Shown here piece by piece: positions 56,174 through 64,000 of a DNA stretch of 64,000 bases. The DNA comes from a virus: IMG/VR virus record IMGVR_UViG_3300038427_000078. The stretch is one strand, 5' to 3'. Below the pieces are notes generated by a model. That model was not told the DNA's origin. It worked only from the letters and a program-made list of their open reading frames with translations, and did not search any database. Every line of letters starts with the position of its first letter. Within the stretch, counting starts at the first letter, position 1. The position numbers were made by a program, and so were the translations under genes.

Positions 56174-56319
56174 GTTACTCAGAGAATTCCTCTCACTGAC
56201 TGTAACGCCACTCGGACTCGCTGTATTCAACGGCGTGACCATGCTGGTAGCAGCCGACCTATGGCATCGCAAACATCACTGAGGGATCAAATCACCGGGG
56301 TTCTCGGACGTAATAGACG

Positions 56320-56922
56320 ATGAGTGCATCTCGCGTCCAAATCCCTATAGTCGTCCAGTCGCTCGTTGAAGTCGAAACGGTCGAAAAAGTCGCGGTCAAG
56401 GTCGTTGTCCCTGTCCATGAAGCCAAAGTCGAAATCAAACGACGCGATGGCAACCCGATCAAAGTCTACGAAACGGAGTCCGGGGCGGAAATCTCGAACA
56501 AACTGCTCACGGACACTAACGGACAGGTCAAAGCATGGGTCGAAGAAGGCCCATATCTCATCACCGCAGAAGGCGGCGAACCAAACATCGCCCTCACCAA
56601 CTACACCTTCGACGCCATCACGGGTCGGGGTGTTGAACACGTTGCGGATGAAGTCGTTGCCCTCACCGACCTCGTATTGGCCCAGCAGAGCTTCTTTGTC
56701 CCCATCGGCACTGTGTTGCTCTACGGTGGAGAAGCCGCAGCGCCTCCTACGGGGTTCCTGACGTGCTCCGGGCAGGAAGTGGCGCAGGCGACCTACCCCG
56801 TCCTGTATGGTAAACTGAAAGCTAAATATGGATCAGCTTCCGCAGGTAACTTCCGCCTCCCTACTGGCCTCATCGAAAACGTCGCGAAACAGACGTTCGT
56901 TTCCATCATACGTCACGACTGA
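56320..56922 (+). CDS. Tail-collar domain protein
   Basis: VPIGTVLLY...PTGFLTCSGQ...YPVLY...FRLP. Confidence 0.8.
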   Translation: MSASRVQIPIVVQSLVEVETVEKVAVKVVVPVHEAKVEIKRRDGNPIKVYETESGAEISNKLLTDTNGQVKAWVEEGPYLITAEGGEPNIALTNYTFDAITGRGVEHVADEVVALTDLVLAQQSFFVPIGTVLLYGGEAAAPPTGFLTCSGQEVAQATYPVLYGKLKAKYGSASAGNFRLPTGLIENVAKQTFVSIIRHD

Positions 56923-56928
56923 AACCCT

Positions 56929-59900
56929 ATGCTGACTCTCGAAGCTAAGGCGGCGGCTTGGGATAAGAGCGACATCGAGATGACTCCATCCGAGAGGGCG
57001 TACACACTCAATCCAACGGAACAAAGGGTGAAGGCCATTCAGAATGAGCGCATCGACCAGTGGAGACTCAAGAAGCTTAGCCCCGAGCCCACGCAGACTA
57101 AGATGGCGACAGAAACTCGAACTCAGCAGCTACGTCGAGCGGAAGGGTTAGAGCAAGAACACGGTCAGCCAGATATGTCGGTGCCCGTACATGACTTTGG
57201 CAACGGGTGGACTATCCGCGAACCTCAGACTCTAGGCGACCTCCGTCGCGAGGGTGAGTTGATGGGAAACTGCTTTAGGCCCGAGTGTCACGAAGGAATT
57301 GCTGAAACCATAAATCCTGAGTATCAACCTTATGCAAAGTTTGTGACCATGGGTGGTCAACCGATGAAATTTGGTGAAAGAACTGAACGTGCGTCGGGTC
57401 AACCTGTTCTAGTTGGTAACCTACATGAGATTCCATGGAATGCACCGATACGAGAGAAGGGTCGGTACTTTTCATTGCGCGATCCCGACAACCTACCTCA
57501 CGTTAGCATTGATCATACAGATGATTACAACGGTGTATTGGGCAAGCATAACGTTGAGCCAAAGCCCGAGCATCGGGAAATGGTAGATGATTGGGAAACG
57601 AAAGAGTTTGGGGAACCCCTTGGAGGATTCCGTGAGAGTAGTTTCAAGAAAGATGAGATGCACATTGGTGCAGGTGTTCCTAGCCAAGCCGGGGTTGAGA
57701 TAAACCAATGGGTACACGATCAGAAGTGGCCCGAAGGCACGGAGCTTGAGGATGTGGATGAGTATCACATCACCATGTTGTTCTTGCAGGGAGAAGGTGC
57801 TGGTGAGCATCGAGATGATGACTGGACTCATGAGCGTCATGCGGTCACCGTCAAGGGCATCAAGGAGTTTCCTCCGAGCAAAGAAAAGAGCAAAGAAGGG
57901 TTGCACCCTATCGTGCTGCTCGTAGAGGGTGAGTCTCTACAGGACCACCATGAAGCGCTAGTGGACAAGGCCGAGGATAGGGGTCTAGAGGTCGGGGAGT
58001 ACACTCGCGACAAATACTCACCGCACATCACCATCGCCTACGGCCCGAGCCTGCCAGATGGTATCTCGCCGCCCACCATCACATTCGAGACAGAAGAGTC
58101 CAGCGTGAGCGATGCTCGCGAGGATCGCACGCTCGATGACATCTTCGGTGACGCGGATGGCAGCTACGGTGATATGTGGGTGAACAAGACCGAGAAAAAG
58201 GTCTACTGGTCGTTCGGGGATTGGGAGCCAGAGCTAAGCGACGAGGCCAAGCCTCTCATTGAAAAGGAGTACCCCGGCTTCAAGTACGACGGCGAATCCG
58301 AGCAGGGCGATCCGGGCGAGCACACTGAGTACAACCGTGACACGAAAGAGATGGACCGTACCAAGGTACCGGGGTGGAAAACGATCTACCAGAGGGGTGA
58401 GAAGGTCAGCAAGGTTGCTCGCAGTGAATGGGTCTGCCCCGAGTGTAACCATTCGGAGTTCGATGGTGGAGAAAACTCAGACGCGATGCTCTGCCCGAAC
58501 TGCGAGAGCGAGATGTACCCTTACCCACGCGAGGACTTCTACGACACGCTCAGGTCTGAGGACTTGCCCGAGGGTGGGTTGTGGCACATGGCACCCACAG
58601 AGGAACGAGCACGCATCCAGCAGCACGGCCTACAGCCTGCGCATCCGAAGGACAACCCTCAGTGGCAGAACGTGTTCGGTATCGAGTTCCAGCCCGAGGG
58701 AGTGTACGGCACTCCCTACGAGGAGGGTACCTCCTATTGGGGATTCCCCACCGAGAAGGACAAGTGGTTCGTCCCGGCTGACCAGATCAAAGAGATGAAC
58801 CGTGACCCGCTCACGCGGGCTATGTCTGTCCCTCACGCAGTGCAGCCACAACTTCACACACCAGCCGAGGAGCATTGGGATTGGAAGAACAAGACGATCC
58901 CACAGCCGCATGACTACTATGAGTCAATGGTGAAGGTGGCATCCGAGTACCCGATAGTGGACTGGCCCAGGCTCGCAGCCGACATCTTGGACAAAGGGCT
59001 AGCTCCGAAGGGTATGCCTCGCCCGCTAGGGGAGCACCCGACGCTAGGGTTGCGCCCGGTGCCGTGGACACAGAAGAACCTCAACGAGCCAGAGCAGGGT
59101 TCAGGGTGGGGTATGGTACACGCCGACCGTTCCAAAAAAGCGAGGGAGAACAGCTTGTGCCTACTGTGCGGTGAGCCGGTGGACCAGGGCAAAGTGTTCG
59201 TAGATGTGAAAGCCCGCAAGGAGTTCGCAGACGAGTACGGTCACGATGACCTACTCCCGTGGGCGCGTGCGGATCAGTCGTCACCTATCGTGGACAGGGG
59301 TGCTATGCACGACCGATGCGCCGAGCTAACAGCGGCTCACTGCCCGCATATCAAGGACGCGATCAACAACGGAGGGGTACTCCAAGCACCTTATCGCAAG
59401 GACGCTCCGGGTAGCCCGCTTTCACAGTCACTCAAGCAGCGATGGGAACAGCAGATGGCACCAGCCACCGGGTTCCCCGATCCCAACTACATCACGCCGG
59501 AAGAGTGGATGCGGATGAAGAGTGAATCCTCAGACTCATGGAGGCCCAAGACACTCTGGCCTCCGGGTGAGTCAGAAGGGGAGGGTACCACTCCCGATCA
59601 TGGTGACGTGAGCGCACCTTACACACCACGCAACCCTCTAGAGCGCACAGACGACGAATGTCACTGTGGGGAGGGTACCCATTGTGAGGTTCACAACCCG
59701 TTCGTCCCCAAGGGTAACGAGGGTGACGGTTCACGCTCATGGCGAACCGCTAGTGAACAACCGATGTCAGAATGCCCTGATTGTGAACAAGACTGGCGCG
59801 AGATAGAACTAGATCGTGACCGCCTATGCCCTATGTGTGGAGGACAGGTAGTACCGCTGGAACCAACAGCGCCGAAGATTCATACACCGCAATCTGACTG

Positions 59901-60201
59901 GCACACCGACGCCGGGTGGAGTGGTATTCCGCAGGCATTCGGTAGGGTAGGTGCGGATGAGTATGACAGCCGTGAGTACCAGGACTCACACATGCTCGCG
60001 CCCAACCTTCCCAACGAGAAGTCATTCGCCATGGACGCGGATGGTAACTACCGGGGTTGCACTTGTGAGTGGGATAAGCTGAAATGCCCGATTCACGGTA
60101 TGAACCCGGAGAAGGAAGATCCCGGCATGGAGTGGAGCATCGCGCAGGGTTCACCCGTGGGATGGCATGAGGAAAACTACACCAAACACAATGACACCTA
60201 A
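56929..60201 (+). CDS. Polyvalent protein: PcfJ-like, 2H phosphoesterase, ART-like and Zn-ribbon modules
   Basis: LRREGELMGNC...SLRD...PHV; YHITM and PHITI; LWH...RIQQHGLQP...GVY. Confidence 0.7.
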   Translation: MLTLEAKAAAWDKSDIEMTPSERAYTLNPTEQRVKAIQNERIDQWRLKKLSPEPTQTKMATETRTQQLRRAEGLEQEHGQPDMSVPVHDFGNGWTIREPQTLGDLRREGELMGNCFRPECHEGIAETINPEYQPYAKFVTMGGQPMKFGERTERASGQPVLVGNLHEIPWNAPIREKGRYFSLRDPDNLPHVSIDHTDDYNGVLGKHNVEPKPEHREMVDDWETKEFGEPLGGFRESSFKKDEMHIGAGVPSQAGVEINQWVHDQKWPEGTELEDVDEYHITMLFLQGEGAGEHRDDDWTHERHAVTVKGIKEFPPSKEKSKEGLHPIVLLVEGESLQDHHEALVDKAEDRGLEVGEYTRDKYSPHITIAYGPSLPDGISPPTITFETEESSVSDAREDRTLDDIFGDADGSYGDMWVNKTEKKVYWSFGDWEPELSDEAKPLIEKEYPGFKYDGESEQGDPGEHTEYNRDTKEMDRTKVPGWKTIYQRGEKVSKVARSEWVCPECNHSEFDGGENSDAMLCPNCESEMYPYPREDFYDTLRSEDLPEGGLWHMAPTEERARIQQHGLQPAHPKDNPQWQNVFGIEFQPEGVYGTPYEEGTSYWGFPTEKDKWFVPADQIKEMNRDPLTRAMSVPHAVQPQLHTPAEEHWDWKNKTIPQPHDYYESMVKVASEYPIVDWPRLAADILDKGLAPKGMPRPLGEHPTLGLRPVPWTQKNLNEPEQGSGWGMVHADRSKKARENSLCLLCGEPVDQGKVFVDVKARKEFADEYGHDDLLPWARADQSSPIVDRGAMHDRCAELTAAHCPHIKDAINNGGVLQAPYRKDAPGSPLSQSLKQRWEQQMAPATGFPDPNYITPEEWMRMKSESSDSWRPKTLWPPGESEGEGTTPDHGDVSAPYTPRNPLERTDDECHCGEGTHCEVHNPFVPKGNEGDGSRSWRTASEQPMSECPDCEQDWREIELDRDRLCPMCGGQVVPLEPTAPKIHTPQSDWHTDAGWSGIPQAFGRVGADEYDSREYQDSHMLAPNLPNEKSFAMDADGNYRGCTCEWDKLKCPIHGMNPEKEDPGMEWSIAQGSPVGWHEENYTKHNDT

Positions 60202-60712
60202 GATCAAACATGGCACGCAAGGTGCCTACTGCAATCACAAATGTCGATGTGAGCTTTGCCGACAGGCTCATCGTGAATATCAATACGAGTGGAATCGACG
60301 GAATCCAACACGGATAAAACGAGAAAAACGAGAATCGTATCAACGCCATAAAGCGAAAAGACTTGAGGCAATGGCTGAGTATCATAGAACTCAAATAGGT
60401 ATGGATACTATGAAACGTGCCGATGTCAAACGTCGTGCTCTCAAGAGGAGCGCGTACGTTGAAAAGGTTGATCGTTTAGAGCTATACATTCGTGACGTAG
60501 GTGTCTGTCAAAAATGTCTTGAGCCAATTTCTGAGCAAAAGTTGGTACTTGATTGGCTCAACGGCAAATCAGAGTCGGTAGTGCAGCGACCCTCCGAGGA
60601 TCATATCGTCCCTCTTAGCAAAGGTGGCGAGCATAGCTATGCCAATGTGCAGCTTATGCACTTTGGTTGCAATAGCAGTAAGAACAGTCACTTAGGCGGT
60701 CACGAAGCCTAA
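60191..60712 (+). CDS. HNH endonuclease
   Basis: CQKC...EDHIVPLSKGGEH...HFGCN. Confidence 0.9.
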   Translation: MTPKIKHGTQGAYCNHKCRCELCRQAHREYQYEWNRRNPTRIKREKRESYQRHKAKRLEAMAEYHRTQIGMDTMKRADVKRRALKRSAYVEKVDRLELYIRDVGVCQKCLEPISEQKLVLDWLNGKSESVVQRPSEDHIVPLSKGGEHSYANVQLMHFGCNSSKNSHLGGHEA

Positions 60713-60741
60713 GCCCTTGACAAGCATGCTATAGTGTAGGC

Positions 60742-63197
60742 ATGAGGGCCAGAAGGCAGAAGCAGTTCTACGTTGAGGCCGACGTGGTGATGCTACACTC
60801 TGACGAGGACGGTCATCTCAAGAGGGTCGAACGCGAGCGTGGTCAGTTGGTCTACGCGAGGGGTCCGATAGAGGCCCAAGAGCGAGCGGTGGAGTCTTGG
60901 CCGAGTGAAGCCATCACAGTCAAGACCGTCCTCCCGGTACGGAACATACGCCTCGCGCGTAGGATGGTCGAGGGAGACAGCTACAACCCCGAGTGGGACT
61001 ACAACCAAGGTATGATCGAGGAAGCTGTAGAAGCTATGGAGCCAGAAGAGTGAGACAGATCAAGGGCAAGCGCAGCCACCGGCGCACAAAGGTCTACGTC
61101 ATCGAGGCTACGATCAAAGACTTCGATCTTGAGTTCGAGTTCGATGAAGATGGCGAAATGGACGTGGACGTAGTAGCTGTCGAAAGGCATGTCCTCGCGC
61201 CGGTCCTCGCGCACGGTCCCGAACAAGCCGTGAGGCGCGTGATCGGCATCCGGCAAGAGAACGTCGAGGGCATCCGAAGGATTCGCTCGAAGGGGCTGCT
61301 ACGTGCTATACTCACGCCTGACAATGAAATCTTCGATCTACATAGAGGCGAACTGGAAGAACAGGCGGGGCTGTGAGTAGGATCAAGCGATACCACCTGC
61401 GGTCATTCGATGACCGCATCCAGCCACCACCGCCAACGGACGACTTGGACTTGGCTCTCGCGGCCACGGCGACCTACCCGGTGGACGTGTGGGACACGCA
61501 GTACGAGCGATTCATCCAGCCCATCGAAGATGACCTCCAATACCGCGAACTGCTCTATCGCCTCTACGCGAAACGGGCCAAGCTCAAACCCCGGTGGGGC
61601 AACATCGCCCTCGCCTGCTTCATCGTCATCACTCTAGGGTACTGCACCTATGTCATCACGCGCTAACCTCACCCCCGGCAAGGACGCCCTCAAGCTGGCC
61701 GAGATAATCGGCAGGGAACAGGGCATCCGCGTGCTCCACGGGAGGACCAACGGGAGGGACTGCCTCCACCTATACAAGACTGAGCGGATGGACAAACCCG
61801 TGCGGCTGTCGTACACGATCTACGAGCAGGCCGAATGGGATCACCACCCGTGGAACTACACGGTACGCAAAAAGGACAAGCGAGAGAACGCCGACATCAT
61901 CGCGGCGGTCAAGAACAGGGAGGCAGTGTAATGGATCAGTCGGGACAGGTCTACTTTCTCAGCACCGAGGCACCCGAGCAGACGGTCGAGGACGTGGCCC
62001 GCTACAAGCAGGCGTTGGCGGCTGAGCTACTTGGACAGTCTGTCCCGGTGGACACAAATCCGCCCGCAGACGAGCCGAGAATCCTCGCCCAAACGTGTGA
62101 CGATTGCGGCGATAACGTCGTTGAGCAGGGGCAGGGTACCACTTGCGGATCATGCCTCGCGGAAAGGCCGTGATGGAGGTCGATTGGGAGGCTCAGCGTG
62201 TCCGTAAACGCGAAATCGAAGCACAGAACATCAAGGACACCAAGTTTCAGACACGGCCTGCGGGGAAGGCTCCGGTCATCCCCATAGACCAGGACAAGGT
62301 GAAGCCGTTCACGCGCGAGGAGATTGAGGCGAAAGCCAAAGACCCTGCGCACCAAGTCAACGTCTACACCCGGCCCTCGCACAAGCGCTATGACTTCGAT
62401 GGCCGAGGCTAGAGCGTGGAACAAGCTAGAGTGCCTAGTGCGCTTCGCCATGCCTGAACGCATCGTGACCATCGAAGAAGCCGCAAGGCTCGCCCGGTGC
62501 GAGGTTGAGTGGACGGACATCGAGGACCGCCCCGGCTACGCCGTAGTTGAGTGCGTGCGTAGCGTATAGAACAAACGTCCATCGCCCTTGACATCGCTTA
62601 CGCTATGCTGTAGGCTACCGATCATGGAAACACGACTCCACCCCGAGCAGCAGGCCAAGGTCGTCGCAGACTTCCAGTCTGAGGACACCGACCTACAGCG
62701 GGATGCCATCGCGGTGTTCTGCGAGCACGACATGACCATCCACGACGTTGCGGCGATGGTGCAGTCGGTGGAGCGTGACGAGGACGCGCTAGGGTACAAC
62801 TGATGCAGAGCTTGCGCAAGGCACTCGCCACGCAGTACGGCATCACCGTCAACGGCAAGTATCGATGGTGGACCGTCAGCGAGCTTCTGAGCATCGCACG
62901 CAAGGCTGTCGAAGCGGGCGTGATCGAGTGATCGTCGCCCTCTACATCGTCATCGGCCTCTGGCTGCTCACGTCGTGGGTGCTCTACCTTCGTCTACGCG
63001 GCGCGTACAAGAGCGGACGCGGCAAGGTGTGGGCGACCATCATCGGCTTTGGCCGGGTGGAGCTTCACGCGCCTCTGGCGCAGTATGCAGTCTGCGCATG
63101 GGTGGTCGGGTTCATGTGGGCGTCCTTCGTCCCGCATCTGATCTTCCGTCTGTTCGGTCGCCGTGGCTTCTACAACAAGGCTCTTGACATACGCTAA
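60742..63197 (+). other. Run of small hypothetical early-type genes
   Basis: Tightly packed ORFs (60742, 61050, 61373, 61650 and others) behind SigA-like promoters. Confidence 0.55.
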
Positions 63198-63218
63198 TCA
63201 CCTGATATACTGCCTAGC

Positions 63219-64000
63219 ATGATCCCGACCAAAGACGAATCCAAGACGCTCAGCAACATCGACGGACAGAAGATCGCCATGGGCATCGACCAGAAGTCAC
63301 TGCCCCACCTGATGAACCTTCTGAGCAAACCGTACAACGACCCCGAAGCTGCGGTGGTCCGCGAGTACAGCACCAACGCGCTCGACTCCCACGTCGAGGC
63401 AGGACAGACGCGACCCATCGAGGTCACGACCCCCACCGCGCTCGACCCCAAGTTCATCGTGCGTGACTTCGGCGTCGGCCTCAACCGCGTGGACATCGAA
63501 GAGACTTTCTCGCAGTACGGCGCGAGCACGAAGCGCGAAACGAACGAGCAGGTTGGCTCGCTTGGCATCGGCTCCAAGAGCGCATTCGCCTACACGTCAC
63601 AGTTTACGGTCGTTGGGATCAAGGACGGAATCAAGACGATCATCGACGTGGCGAAGGACGACGAGGGCGGAGGCGTGATGACCGTGGTGGACGAGATACC
63701 GACCGACGAGGGCAACGGCGTCACGATCATGGTCCCTGTGCAGCGTCACAACGACTTCGAGGACAAGGCCAAGGCTCTGTTCCGCTACTGGCAGCCCGGA
63801 ACCGTGCTGCTCAACGGCAAGGAACCCGAGCACATCGAGGGCTTGCCTCTCACCGACAGCATCATGCTGGTGGACAAGGGCCACTACCGCGACCAGTCAG
63901 TCGTGGTCATGGGCAACGTGCCCTATGAGATTCCGCCCGAGATTGAGCCGCTGAAAGGCGCACTCAATAACCGCCGCGTGGTCGCGACCGTGCCTATCGG
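63219..64000 (+). CDS. rIIA-like GHKL ATPase (partial)
   Basis: Manual translation YNDPEAAVVREYSTNALDSH...RDFGVGL...GASTKR...GSLGIGSKSAFAY. Confidence 0.85.
   Translation, partial: MIPTKDESKTLSNIDGQKIAMGIDQKSLPHLMNLLSKPYNDPEAAVVREYSTNALDSHVEAGQTRPIEVTTPTALDPKFIVRDFGVGLNRVDIEETFSQYGASTKRETNEQVGSLGIGSKSAFAYTSQFTVVGIKDGIKTIIDVAKDDEGGGVMTVVDEIPTDEGNGVTIMVPVQRHNDFEDKAKALFRYWQPGTVLLNGKEPEHIEGLPLTDSIMLVDKGHYRDQSVVVMGNVPYEIPPEIEPLKGALNNRRVVATVPI

Noticed and set aside
1-64000. Stop-codon reassignment, CRISPR array, DGR/retron, integrase
   Set aside because: Genes read intact in the standard code; no suppressor anticodon, spacer array, reverse transcriptase or recombinase was seen

Overview
Segment of a large tailed dsDNA phage genome (GC-rich, many leaderless starts, so an actinobacterial host is inferred). 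Layout: minus-strand replication block (primase, DnaB, DnaC-like loader; 1-6.3 kb); class II RNR and ClpP (6.5-11 kb); a ~12 kb RNA island (12.7-24.3 kb) with about 30 tRNA or tRNA-like genes, none encoding CCA, plus tmRNA, an RNase P RNA, several unassigned structured RNAs and many homing endonuclease genes; lysis and tail genes; TerL and portal; a nucleotide-metabolism cluster; large multidomain proteins (CCA-adding enzyme, pol-beta NTase, GNAT, 2H phosphoesterase, ART-like); and an rIIA-like gene at the right edge. Main observations: (1) a minimal phage RNase P RNA with a LAGLIDADG ORF looped out of helix P19; (2) two free-standing small genes that copy different sub-domains of the phage's own portal protein; (3) homing endonuclease cassettes that break tRNA or protein genes and carry a recoded replacement; (4) an apparently self-contained tRNA maturation and trans-translation kit. 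All calls are from reading the sequence by eye; no searches or folding programs were run, and coordinates may be off by a few nt.
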